This document shows, piece by piece, positions 1 through 9,890 of a stretch of DNA of 34,043 nt. Location: NCBI GenBank assembly GCA_008369845.1, contig MRSU01005972.1, positions 1 through 34,043 on the forward strand, written 5' to 3'. A program made the translations under genes and the position numbers. Within the stretch, counting starts at the first letter, position 1. Every line of letters begins with the position of its first letter. Below the pieces are notes generated by a model, which saw nothing but the letters and a program-made list of their open reading frames with translations, searched no databases and was not told the origin of the DNA. The stretch is from Trichomonas gallinae (lineage: Eukaryota).

Positions 1-341
1 AATTATTTCCAGAAAATCTTCCAAAAAGTTTTTATTTCCATCCAGAAACCAAAATATCTTCCAAAGTTGCATCCCTATTTATTGTATTTTATTAAGGATA
101 TAGCAATTTTCTTTTCTTTTCTTTTTGCAAAATTATCAAAAATCATTCAAATCTATAAAGGCAACAACCTTGAATTCTACAGTTTAATATATCTATATGT
201 TGCGTGTGGGTTTATATCGATATTGCAGTTTGACAAAACAATAAAAAATTTGATTGTAAGAAAAAAAATTATTACGTATGACTTGTATAATATTTATTAA
301 AGTCTATTAAAAAACAAAGTTGAACTCTATAGATATCTTCT

Positions 342-977
342 CTATTCGAAGTAATTAAGAATGGACCATAAAATAGATTGTTTTTCGGTAATCCTAATAT
401 CACCATGGCCGAAAAGGAACTCACGTATTTTGATCCATAATGTTTTATGCTCCCAAGCTACGTTTGAGAGGTTCTGTTTTTCATCCCAAACACGAAAAAC
501 TGGCAGTTCTTTCTTCTGTTCGTGCTCTGGGATATCAGCTTCGAAGATTCCGTAAAAGCAACCAACGCATAAGTCTTTCTTTATCTGGATTAAAGGCTTG
601 ATCTCTTCAATTGAACGTGGATTTTCGTCAAATTCAATCAAAATCCAATTAAGAGAATGTTTTTGTACTGGTGTTTTGATAATTTGCTCTATTCTATCTC
701 CAAAATTATTATTAAAATAATCTTCGACGTAATCTATTGTTTCTCGATTGACACCAACTACAGTGATAGTTTTTGTATCATCGCAGTTCCATGTGTTAAC
801 TATATCGTTTGGATTATCATGAAATGATTCTTTTGGTCTTAATTGCTCTTGTTTTTCTTCATGGAATTGAGTATCTTCGCGTTTAACCTTTTCCAATACC
901 TTGTTTTTCTTAATAATTGATCTCACGCCATATGGTCTCACTTTAGCTGTATTTTGAGGTAGCTTCAGAGAGAGCAT
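342..977 (-). CDS. Putative Nup53/Nup35-like nucleoporin (RRM-like domain plus C-terminal amphipathic helix)
   Basis: 211 aa ORF. TITVVGVNRETIDYVEDYF..FG..I....NWILIEF resembles the Nup35 RRM pattern (VTVFGF...ILxxF..YG.I....NWMHIxY). TLWIKIREFLFG resembles the Nup35 C-terminal helix (SLVSKAMEYMFG). Aligned by eye. Confidence 0.55.
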   Translation of the reverse strand: MLSLKLPQNTAKVRPYGVRSIIKKNKVLEKVKREDTQFHEEKQEQLRPKESFHDNPNDIVNTWNCDDTKTITVVGVNRETIDYVEDYFNNNFGDRIEQIIKTPVQKHSLNWILIEFDENPRSIEEIKPLIQIKKDLCVGCFYGIFEADIPEHEQKKELPVFRVWDEKQNLSNVAWEHKTLWIKIREFLFGHGDIRITEKQSILWSILNYFE

Positions 978-990
978 TTTTGTGTTTGAT

Positions 991-1201
991 TTTTACATGT
1001 CATAAATAATAATTTCTGTCAAATAAATAATACAAAAATCCCAAATATGTCACGTAAAATTGACATATATTTTACATGTCAAAATATAATCATCGAATAT
1101 GAAATGTAATTTTGTTTACAAACAGAATTTTATTTTACATGTCAAATATAAAAATGAAATGTAAAAAAAAATTACAAACAAAAATTATTTTACATGTCAA
1201 A
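991..1201. repeat. Cluster of TTTTACATGTCA motifs in a divergent promoter, including an imperfect 55-63 bp tandem repeat
   Basis: TTTTACATGTCA at 991, 1070, 1133 and 1188. The units between 1070, 1133 and 1188 also share ATGAAATGTAA and TTACAAACA. Confidence 0.85.
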
Positions 1202-1285
1202 TATTTAATTATATTATATTTCATCGTATTTATACATAATGAGCTTATAATTAAAATTTCGTAAATTAAAATTCAATTTTTTTCA

Positions 1286-3481
1286 ATGTCGATCGTGATT
1301 CTCCGCGACGACATTGAAAATCAGATAGTTAAAGCAGCACTTGAAGAGAATTTCGATAAATTAGATAATTTAATAAAAGGACTGCCTCTAAATCAGCCTA
1401 TAAACCAAAAAGGTTACACGATCTTGATGGTTTTAATAGAAAATCAATGCATTGATGCGTGCATGTGGTTTTATTCAAAATACAAACCAGATTTAACAAT
1501 CAAAAACATCTACGGAGAGAATTTACTTCATGTTGCGATCAAAAATAAACTTCCTGCAATAGTCAGCTTACTTACAAACAACGACAAAGTTTTTGAAATA
1601 GATGATAAAGGCAGAAATTATGTCATTCACGCTGTTTTGCATCGTGATATAACAAGTTTACAAATTTTACTCGATCACGATCAATCTGTTGATTCTCCCG
1701 ATAAATATGGCATGACAGCAATCGCTTACGCAATTTATTTCCAAAGTCTTGAAATGTTGGATAAATTGTTGGATATCAATGCATCATATCTGCTTAATTT
1801 CACAATACTCGAAATACCACCAGAATTAAAAGACGGTGTTACTATTGAAAAGCTTCCATATCAAACTACTTATCTTCATTTAGCGATAATGACTGGAAAT
1901 ATGTCTATTTTCATTAGAGTTATCAAGATGTTCGAATCATTAACAGTTTTAGATTCTAATTCTAAGACACCTTTGGAATTAGCTGCTGATTTATGCTTGC
2001 CAGATTTTGTTTATATTTTATCTTCGCTAGGTTCGCCAAATCCGTTGTTCGAGGCAATAATAACAGACAACTATGAGGCTTTCTCAGAGCTTCTCGACAA
2101 ATACTCAAACAGTATAGATAATAAAGGAAGAACACCACTACATTACGCTGTAATGCACAACAGACCAAAAATGATATCAATACTTTCAGCAAGATACAGT
2201 TTACTTCCAGATTTTGAAGGAAAACTGCCCTATCATTATTCTGAAAATAATTATTTCCAACAAATCAAGAATTTCGTTGGTTCTCCATCGATATTCGGCT
2301 CATTTCCTTATACTGATGCTGAATCTTTGTATTCAATGCGTTTCCAATTCTTTGCAAATGGAATCTACAAATCTCTCAAGAATACATATAAACTCATTAA
2401 GGATTTCGTTAAAGCATCAAATCCACAGTATACAATTACACATGTTGGGAATCTTATAGTTCAATATCAGCATCAAATACAAACTGAAGTCACAAAGTTG
2501 TTTATTAGCTATGAATCAAGTATTTTAGAATCTGTTATTGCTAAAATATTCAAATCAAATGAGTTTGAGACGCTTTTAAAGAATATCAACAGTGACATCC
2601 AATCTCAAATGCCAAAACTACATGATTCTGATGCAATCGCTTTATCTCTCGGATATTCGGCTGTTTTATCATGGATTAGAGCGTTATACACATTATTTAC
2701 TATATCCAGTGTAACTTTTGGAAATCCATTATCAACAAATACGCAGTTATTACAGCGATACTTATCACATCAGAATATAATTGATGACGCATTTACTCAA
2801 TCAATAAGCAAAGGACAGCCAGAGCCAGTCCTTGTTAGAAAACCATACATTAAATACAATGTTGTTGTTACAGATGCGAAGCCATATGATAAACCGCAGC
2901 CACAGTGGGATTCATTTGTTAAAGAAAAACTTGCGCAGTTATTTAATGCAACGACAGAAAATAATTTGATGTTTCCACCAACATCGAAATTTATCAATTC
3001 AGGAAACAACATAATCATTCTGTGTGAGGCACAGATAATATTTGTGGTTCAAAATTCGAGTTCTGTGAGAATTCCATTATTCGGATGTTATTTAAGGCAT
3101 GTCAACGATTCAAGTCACGAAATTCTATTAGCATTTCATTCAGGAAGTTGTAAACTCAAGTTTGAAGATCATAAATCAATGAAATCATTTATCGAAATAT
3201 TTAATGCTTTATGTCAGAAATATTTCACACCAGAGTCTTTCTTCAACAAAGAAGAGTCTAGACCAAGGCCTCTCTACATTGTTTTCTCGTATATAAACAA
3301 GAAATCAACCTTGCCTTCTTTGACTTTGACAGTCGAGAAAATCAGCAAGAATTTGCAGACCTACGAGAAATACAGAGCATTCGAGAAAACACTCGGACCA
3401 GTTGTTACTGGATCCCTCAGATGTCATCCTTTCCAGTTCCCCAAAGCAAACTGTTCGCCTTCATTCTACGAAAATGCTTAA
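1286..3481 (+). CDS. Ankyrin repeat protein with uncharacterised C-terminal region (possibly PH-like)
   Basis: 731 aa ORF. Ankyrin motifs GENLLHVA, GMTAIAYA, TYLHLA, KTPLELA and GRTPLHYA lie in the N-terminal ~320 aa. Confidence 0.9.
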   Translation: MSIVILRDDIENQIVKAALEENFDKLDNLIKGLPLNQPINQKGYTILMVLIENQCIDACMWFYSKYKPDLTIKNIYGENLLHVAIKNKLPAIVSLLTNNDKVFEIDDKGRNYVIHAVLHRDITSLQILLDHDQSVDSPDKYGMTAIAYAIYFQSLEMLDKLLDINASYLLNFTILEIPPELKDGVTIEKLPYQTTYLHLAIMTGNMSIFIRVIKMFESLTVLDSNSKTPLELAADLCLPDFVYILSSLGSPNPLFEAIITDNYEAFSELLDKYSNSIDNKGRTPLHYAVMHNRPKMISILSARYSLLPDFEGKLPYHYSENNYFQQIKNFVGSPSIFGSFPYTDAESLYSMRFQFFANGIYKSLKNTYKLIKDFVKASNPQYTITHVGNLIVQYQHQIQTEVTKLFISYESSILESVIAKIFKSNEFETLLKNINSDIQSQMPKLHDSDAIALSLGYSAVLSWIRALYTLFTISSVTFGNPLSTNTQLLQRYLSHQNIIDDAFTQSISKGQPEPVLVRKPYIKYNVVVTDAKPYDKPQPQWDSFVKEKLAQLFNATTENNLMFPPTSKFINSGNNIIILCEAQIIFVVQNSSSVRIPLFGCYLRHVNDSSHEILLAFHSGSCKLKFEDHKSMKSFIEIFNALCQKYFTPESFFNKEESRPRPLYIVFSYINKKSTLPSLTLTVEKISKNLQTYEKYRAFEKTLGPVVTGSLRCHPFQFPKANCSPSFYENA

Positions 3482-3559
3482 TTTTCTTTGTTTTGAGTTT
3501 TGAATTCAAATCGCTGGGGACCTTTCTTCAATTTTCATTACTGCGTTTTTTATGTTATC

Positions 3560-3740
3560 AACACAAAAGACATATACAATGAAATAGCTTTGCACTTGGC
3601 TTCATTAGAAGGCCATCATGAAGTTGTCAAACTTCTTCTCACAGTTCCTGGAATAGATGTCAACACTAAAGATGATGATAACAAAACAGCTTTGATTTAT
3701 GCTTCAGAAAAAGATCATCATTGAAATATGGATTTGGTGA
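3560..3740 (+). pseudogene. Ankyrin-repeat gene fragment
   Basis: ALHLASLEGHHEVVKLLLTVPGIDVNTKDDDNKTALIYAS is about 1.5 ankyrin repeats, with no ATG start and an early stop. Same family as the fragments at 19228-19590. Confidence 0.75.
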
Positions 3741-3981
3741 ACATAATATTGAATTCGTTATGTTTACTGAAGTAAAACCTGACAAACGACGTCATTCAGA
3801 TCCAGAAGAACTAACAATGTATTTCCGTCCATTTTCTGTTTCTGTAAACTATTATTTTATAATTTAGTATCGAATTAACCATTCACTAACAAAATTAAGT
3901 ATATCAAACAGATACTGAAAGAATATGAACAATGGATCATTGAATCATGTCCATATGTATTGAACTTGTTCAATACATTTT

Positions 3982-4572
3982 TCAAAATTGAGCTCTGGAG
4001 TTCTCAATTAGCATATCAACCTTTTTAGAACTCAAAGATGTAGCTTTCATAATCTCTTCTTTTGTTGTCGTCAAACATTTATATATCGAGCCAAAAGTAG
4101 TTAAAAGTTCTTCAGCTTCTTTTCGAGATAATCCTAATGAATGCAAACAGTTAACTCCTGTCTCAAATGGAGTCTCATTCGATGCCTTTAATTCGTCAAC
4201 ATTAGATTCTTGAGTATTGTACATGCTTATTATCCATCTGGCTGCTTCCTCGTATTTGAATGACAGAACAAGAGTCATGTAGCTTCCATTTGCCGTTCTT
4301 GTTAATTTTGATATTGTTTGATCAGGGCCATCAATATCAACAAGTACGAGTAAAACCCTTGATTTGAAGTCACCTTGAAATTTCTTTACTCTTTCTTCGA
4401 GATATTTTGGGTTTAGTCGATGAAATTTTAATGAAAGAAATAAAATTCCGATTTCATTGCCAACAATATAGTCAGCATTATCAGCCTCCATCCAATTATG
4501 CGGAATCGCCTTGAAAAGTTCGATCATTGGGTTTTCTTTTTGTCGATTTGATATCGATATTGGAATCTTCAT
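3982..4572 (-). CDS. ERCC1: ERCC1/Rad10/Swi10 DNA excision repair protein
   Basis: QKENP..., ADYIVG..IGILFLSLKFHRLNPKYL..R, RVLLVLVD and EEAARWI match the ERCC1 central domain. A C-terminal HhH-like region is present (LLTTFGSI). Confidence 0.92.
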   Translation of the reverse strand: MKIPISISNRQKENPMIELFKAIPHNWMEADNADYIVGNEIGILFLSLKFHRLNPKYLEERVKKFQGDFKSRVLLVLVDIDGPDQTISKLTRTANGSYMTLVLSFKYEEAARWIISMYNTQESNVDELKASNETPFETGVNCLHSLGLSRKEAEELLTTFGSIYKCLTTTKEEIMKATSLSSKKVDMLIENSRAQF

Positions 4573-4576
4573 GATA

Positions 4577-4582
4577 AAATGA
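4577..4582 (-). promoter_or_regulatory. Trichomonad-type initiator (Inr) TCATTT
   Basis: TCATTT on the minus strand, ending 4 nt before the ERCC1 ATG. Confidence 0.6.
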
Positions 4583-4668
4583 CTTTTACTTATATATATA
4601 TGAGAAGTTCTATAATTTACAATTCCTTTATTAGCCTATTAATGTTTAAATAACAATATAACAATAGT

Positions 4669-6603
4669 TTATTTGCGAGTTGTTTGCGAATAAGAACTCT
4701 GAACATCAATTTCATTGCGAGACTTGCCGACTGACATCTGGCTCGCCATCTCCTGGATGATTTGAATATCAGAAGATCTGTCCAAAAGCTTAGGAGCACG
4801 AATTGTGAGTCTTCCTGTAGCGAAGAAAGAAGATTCTTGCGATTGTTTGCTTGCTTCATCACGAACAATTGACTCTTTTTCTGTGAGAGATAATCTTGGC
4901 GACCTAGGAGATGTTGCCATCTTCTTTACAGCGTGCTTGTGCTCTCTTGACAGCTTGGCGACCTTCTTTGCCTTGTTCTGGGCTTCAAGCTGCGCTTTAT
5001 ACTCTTCTTCTAATTTTGTAAGTTCGTAATTAAACTTCTTTTCCGAAACTGAGTGGCGTGTTGCGAACTCCTTCTTAAGCTTAGCATCCATATCGTAGTA
5101 TTTCTGTTGGATCTTCTTCATTGCTAATTTAGATTCTTTTTCTTCAAGAAGAACAGCTTCATCATTGATTCTTTGTGCCTCTGCGAAATGACGAAGCTCA
5201 AGAGCACGCTTTGCACGGCATTTGAGATCCAAAAGCTTGTTTGATGGTTTTGCAATTTTGAAAAGTTCTTCCTGGTCGTTGAATTTCTGATCCAGGGCTG
5301 CAACTTGTTCTGAATATTCCTTAGCTTCCTGTTCATAGAGGTCATCGCGCTCTTTTTCGATTGCTTGTCGGCGTTTCATATAATCTCGTTCAATTTTCTC
5401 TGTTTCTGAGTTAATGTTGTTGATTCTTTCTTCTATTTCAGCCTGAGGCGATGGAACTTCCGCAATTTCATACGTATCCATTACTTTTGTAACATATTCG
5501 GCTTCAGCGATCCAAAGTAGATGAGAGCATGTATTTAAGTATTGGTGTAGCTTAAGCCTGAGTTTTGGCGTGTTATCATTGATAGAAATCTTGCCATTAA
5601 GAAGTGAACGAACAACATCTGAATCCGGTGGGTCCATAACTATTTGATTGAGCCTTCCGAACAGTTCTGGGGCATCATCTATGTTTTCTTCTTCGTAAAA
5701 GTGTCCGTCTTCTTCTTCATTTGCTAATAATTGCTCTCCCTCTGCAAATGGCTCAACATCTTCATCGATAGCGTTGATTTCTATTGTCACCGGATTCTCA
5801 CTGAGAATTTCTTTCATTAACTCCGAGCTTCTCGAAGCTTCGCCCAATTTCATGCCAAAGCTGCCACTTCTTGGTCTTCTCTTTGGTGGACTCTGAACAG
5901 GAGCCGGTTCTTCAGAGATATTTTCAAGAGATGTCTCGTTTGAAGAACTTAATTTAACATGGAAATTGCTGGTTGACGCGGATAATAAAGCGCTTTGCAT
6001 GGAATCGGCGTAAGAAAGTCTGCGGTTTAATGCTGCTTGTGATGCTGCACGAGCCAGTGGAATTAGATCATCCGGTGGCTCGTATCCCATTGCTTTCCAT
6101 CTGCTCATATTCTTTGACTTTAATTCCTTGATGAATTGAATTTGCGGGTCATCATCTTCTCCTTGATCCTGTTCCTCTAGTGTTTGAAGCGGTAACGGTT
6201 CTACTTCTTCAATTACAGGTACAAAATCATCGAGAGAGTCCGATCCTTTTGGTATCAGCTGACCGTGAAGTGACACGAAAGATGGCTGACGGACAGACAG
6301 CCCGATTTGACTGTCATCTGATTCTGATTTCCCATCAAAAACGATTATTGGGTCTGTTTGGTGTTCTACTTTTTTAAAGTTCTGGTCGACAATTTCACCG
6401 GCTTTAGTAACCATCGTTCCTGTCAATGAGTTCATAGATTCGCAGCGTGGCCCAAGCCCACAAGAGATTTCACTATTCTGTGACACCTTGCTTGAGGTCG
6501 GCTTAAGTCTCTCGTCGATCTCTTTCTCAGGGTGTGAGGCTAAAAGGTCGGCAAGGGGATTATCACTAATACTCATTATTCCTTCTATCGTCTTTAATTT
6601 CAT
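4669..6603 (-). CDS. Hypothetical protein with disordered acidic N-terminal half and C-terminal coiled coil
   Basis: 644 aa ORF with an E/K-rich heptad region from about residue 385 to 555. No recognisable catalytic motif. Confidence 0.85.
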   Translation of the reverse strand: MKLKTIEGIMSISDNPLADLLASHPEKEIDERLKPTSSKVSQNSEISCGLGPRCESMNSLTGTMVTKAGEIVDQNFKKVEHQTDPIIVFDGKSESDDSQIGLSVRQPSFVSLHGQLIPKGSDSLDDFVPVIEEVEPLPLQTLEEQDQGEDDDPQIQFIKELKSKNMSRWKAMGYEPPDDLIPLARAASQAALNRRLSYADSMQSALLSASTSNFHVKLSSSNETSLENISEEPAPVQSPPKRRPRSGSFGMKLGEASRSSELMKEILSENPVTIEINAIDEDVEPFAEGEQLLANEEEDGHFYEEENIDDAPELFGRLNQIVMDPPDSDVVRSLLNGKISINDNTPKLRLKLHQYLNTCSHLLWIAEAEYVTKVMDTYEIAEVPSPQAEIEERINNINSETEKIERDYMKRRQAIEKERDDLYEQEAKEYSEQVAALDQKFNDQEELFKIAKPSNKLLDLKCRAKRALELRHFAEAQRINDEAVLLEEKESKLAMKKIQQKYYDMDAKLKKEFATRHSVSEKKFNYELTKLEEEYKAQLEAQNKAKKVAKLSREHKHAVKKMATSPRSPRLSLTEKESIVRDEASKQSQESSFFATGRLTIRAPKLLDRSSDIQIIQEMASQMSVGKSRNEIDVQSSYSQTTRK

Positions 6604-7014
6604 TATTTGATGGAACTCATAGAAATATTTGATAACACTCTCAATATTTTAATATTTTATTTTTTCGCTATTTAGCACTTGTTAACTGGTTTTTCCTATT
6701 GAGATATAAAAAAAATCTCGATGTAAAGATTTTTTTTTACAGCTTCTCATATGATTGATCAAACTCTTTCTACTATATCTGTTTCTCTAGAGAATAACCA
6801 AACGGGAGAAAAAAAACAGCTTTTAGAATATAAAAATAGAAAGACACGTAAAAGAAAGAAAAGTTCCCCAAAACAATGAACTACATCCATCTGTCATGAT
6901 TTATGACATCCAAAACACCAGTCTATCTCTCTATATCAGGAAAACAGTATAAAGCTTTTCACAGTTCGTCAATTGATGTCAAACATCAAAATTATGGCAA
7001 AATTATCACGAGTG

Positions 7015-7190
7015 TGTCAAAAATCATTGAATAAATGTCAGAAATCAGAATAAAAATGTCAAAAATCATCATGATATTGTCAAAAGTCTTTATGACAATG
7101 TCAAAAATCACAGTTAATATTGTCAAAAATTACTATGAGTATGTCAGAAATCATAAAGAGAATGTCAAAAATCATATTGTTAATGTCCAT
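7015..7190 (+). repeat. Array of the 12-bp core TGTCA(A/G)AAATCA with variable 9-10 bp spacers, period 21 bp
   Basis: Cores at 7015, 7036, 7057, 7078, 7099, 7121, 7142 and 7163, with degenerate copies at 7184, 6977 and 6995. Confidence 0.9.
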
Positions 7191-7530
7191 ATTTTATGAA
7201 AATTAGGTAGAGGAAAATCAGTCAGACTGTTATAAAATATATCATTATGGGAATACCTATTTATATTCTGAAAATGGGACAAAGCCATGGGAAGGGACTA
7301 TCATTTTCCATCTAAAATCATGATAATGTCAAAAACCATCATGTAAAAAAAAATATGACACTGGCGCATCAAAATGGTATTCAGCTATTTGAATGAATTT
7401 ATGGGTCTTTAAGTGACATTATGATAAAAACAGTTTCATAACATTACTGTGGCTCTGTCATGATGGGTAGATTATTACAACTGTATCTTTTTTCCTCGTC
7501 ACCCGAAATGATTCGAATTTTGCCAAAATT

Positions 7531-7566
7531 TTTACATGTCAAAATTATTTGTATTTGACATGTAAA
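7531..7566. repeat. Perfect 13-bp inverted repeat TTTACATGTCAAA / TTTGACATGTAAA with a 10-bp spacer
   Basis: Arms at 7531-7543 and 7554-7566, 66 nt upstream of the ATG at 7633. Confidence 0.9.
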
Positions 7567-7632
7567 TTCAATTGAGGAGGTCTGTTCGGAGAATTAAAAT
7601 TAGGGGGTATACAAATTCAACCCCAAAAATCT

Positions 7633-8421
7633 ATGGAAAGTATTAAGGATTCTTTCAATCAAAAGGAAAACTATCCAGAAATACTTCTCATTGTAGCTGT
7701 AGAAGATACGACAACAGATGCTGATGCATTTTGGGATTCAATTCCAGTTAAATCAACTCTTCCTCCAGCAGCACTTATCGAAAGAATCAAAATACCCGAA
7801 GAATTCGCTAAATTCGAGTTCTTTGCAAGAAAATGTCAGATAATGAGCACGCCAGGTATATATGTTTTCGGTCCGCATTCTTCGATCATCTCTCAACAGT
7901 GGGTAGGAAGCTATCCATTGCCAACAGACTTTGCAAATTACATTAATAGCCTCCACTATGGAGCTTTCGAAGGTGAAGAAGAGCCAAATTCAGAAAATAA
8001 GCGAAGGAAAATCAAAATTAGTGTTAAAAATGGTGCAATAATGGTTTCACAAGAATTTGAAGATAATGAAACTATCAGGGCTCTTAATTTGTGGCTTGAA
8101 TCAGCTGTTGGACCAGGATATAAATATACAATCGGACACTCAAGAAAACCGCTTCCAACTGATGAAGATATGCTAATTACAGATGCTATTGGCCATGTCC
8201 CAGCTGCACTTCTCAAAGTTGTTGATTCAGATCCGATTATAACAAATCTCGGCCCAACACACGGAGATTCTTGCTGGGACAGATTCACATCAAGAATCTT
8301 CATGTTCTTGTCATTCATAAACCCATTCGCTGGCGAAGACGAACAAGAATCATTTTGGGAATATCAGCCTTCAACGAATCCCAATATGGCACAGATTGTC
8401 ATGACGAATATGATGAGCTAA
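7633..8421 (+). CDS. Putative UBX-domain protein (UBXN4/Ubx7-like architecture)
   Basis: 262 aa ORF. A thioredoxin-like N-terminus (FEFFARKCQIMSTPGIYVFG) is followed by a ubiquitin-like segment (KIKISVKNG...QEFEDNETI..L..W...PAALLKV) and a hydrophobic patch (IFMFLSFINPF). The ORF is solid, the product call is tentative. Confidence 0.55.
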   Translation: MESIKDSFNQKENYPEILLIVAVEDTTTDADAFWDSIPVKSTLPPAALIERIKIPEEFAKFEFFARKCQIMSTPGIYVFGPHSSIISQQWVGSYPLPTDFANYINSLHYGAFEGEEEPNSENKRRKIKISVKNGAIMVSQEFEDNETIRALNLWLESAVGPGYKYTIGHSRKPLPTDEDMLITDAIGHVPAALLKVVDSDPIITNLGPTHGDSCWDRFTSRIFMFLSFINPFAGEDEQESFWEYQPSTNPNMAQIVMTNMMS

Positions 8422-8840
8422 ATCATCTTGTTTTTTGTGTTTTAAATTTAAATAATAAAATATAATAATCAAACTTATTTAGGTTTTTCTCTTGCTACAA
8501 ACACATGATAAGTGGCCTTTTCTATGCATGTAAAACAAAGTGAAGAGTATCAGCTGGATGCTTCTATAGGTGTTGCTATTCTCTGTGTTAAGTATATCAA
8601 GTTTTCTTCACTAGTGAAATAATACAAAAAAATTTTTGAAAATTCATTTTCACTAGAAATCGATTGATTTTCTAAGTATGATATGAGCTAAAACAAAAGA
8701 TAATCAAATGAGTCATATATGATTAATTTCAATGAGATACTATATCATATCTTTGATGATAATAACAATTTGTCAAAAAATGTCAAAAATAATAATTTTA
8801 CATGACAAAACAGGATTAAAATCTTAATAAGGTTATTTTA

Positions 8841-8846
8841 TCACTT
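8841..8846 (+). promoter_or_regulatory. Inr TCACTT
   Basis: Matches TCA(C/T)(T/A), ending 15 nt before the ATG at 8862. Confidence 0.65.
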
Positions 8847-8861
8847 TTATTTTAGTTATAA

Positions 8862-9890
8862 ATGAATTTAACAATTTCTCATCTTTTTCTATCTAATGTT
8901 AATGCACACCAGGCATTAATTACTAGACCAGAATTAAATCTACAAGGTTCTGCATTCAAACTCGCGTTTTCAAAATTTAGTCGAATAACAAATTCAATTC
9001 TTCAATGCACACCATATCAAAAAGCAACGATTTATAGGTCAAGTTTTGATAGAATACTAGGATCTGCACTCAAATTTGATTTATCTGTCAAACAAATTAA
9101 TAATAATTTTAAATTCCAAATAAATTCAACTGAAACGGATGATATTCATTTAGAAGAATGCACATTTACTAATTTAAATGCAAATAGAGGTGCAGCTATC
9201 TACGGAAAGTGCCAAAATTTCAATATTACAAAATCACTTTTCATGAATTGTCACGCAGAAGTCGGTGGAGCAGTCTTAATCAATGAAGCAACATTCCTAC
9301 ATCTAGAATTCGACCAATTTTACAACAATTCCGCGAAATATTCTGGTGCAATTCATATAGACTCAAGGGAAGAACTTGATAGATCAAAAGTCGTGCAGGT
9401 GAATGTTACTAAGAACCACGCTGAACTGTGGACTGCTGCAATGAGAATAGATAGAGCTGGTGGCCCATTAGAGGTTTCTTACTTCTCAGACAACTCTGCT
9501 TACGTTTGCGGAGCATTCTTTGACTTCGCGTTCAAGACTGCGACAAGGCAATGCAATCATGTTGTTTTCTATAATAATAGCGCAACAACAAGAGGTGGAG
9601 CTTTCACATGTTTCCACATAATGCATAGATCCAAGTTTAACTCGTGTTTCTTCGTTAAAAATTATTGTAAGGAGCAGGCTTACTCCATTTCACTGGAATC
9701 TGTTTATCAGAAAGTTGAAATTTTCAATTGCAAATTCGATGGATCACATCCACAGCAAGTATCCATTAGATATGGCGAATCAGACCTTATTATTGACGAC
9801 AATACAAAATTCTCGCTGCCTGAATCTGAAATGCCTGAAATTAACGCTATTGCCCAAGAGATTCGAAAAATAACACCAGGATCTCACTAA
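8862..9890 (+). CDS. Pmp-like / right-handed beta-helix repeat protein
   Basis: Repeated FxN/DN...GGA(I/V/F)-type motifs: FTNLNANRGAAIY, FMNCHAEVGGAVL, FYNNSAKYSGAIH, FSDNSAYVCGAFF, FYNNSATTRGGAF. Confidence 0.75.
   Translation: MNLTISHLFLSNVNAHQALITRPELNLQGSAFKLAFSKFSRITNSILQCTPYQKATIYRSSFDRILGSALKFDLSVKQINNNFKFQINSTETDDIHLEECTFTNLNANRGAAIYGKCQNFNITKSLFMNCHAEVGGAVLINEATFLHLEFDQFYNNSAKYSGAIHIDSREELDRSKVVQVNVTKNHAELWTAAMRIDRAGGPLEVSYFSDNSAYVCGAFFDFAFKTATRQCNHVVFYNNSATTRGGAFTCFHIMHRSKFNSCFFVKNYCKEQAYSISLESVYQKVEIFNCKFDGSHPQQVSIRYGESDLIIDDNTKFSLPESEMPEINAIAQEIRKITPGSH

Noticed and set aside
67..300. 77-aa ORF
   Set aside because: TTG start and AT-rich intergenic composition; likely spurious.
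7015..7190. CRISPR-like appearance (conserved repeat with variable spacers)
   Set aside because: Repeats of 12 bp and spacers of 9-10 bp are far too short, there are no cas genes, and the context is eukaryotic.
6881..7470. Possible terminal repeats around the 21-bp array (TCTGTCATGAT at 6890 and 7454)
   Set aside because: Only an 11-bp direct match and a weak gapped inverted match, with no clear TSD. Not enough to call a MITE.
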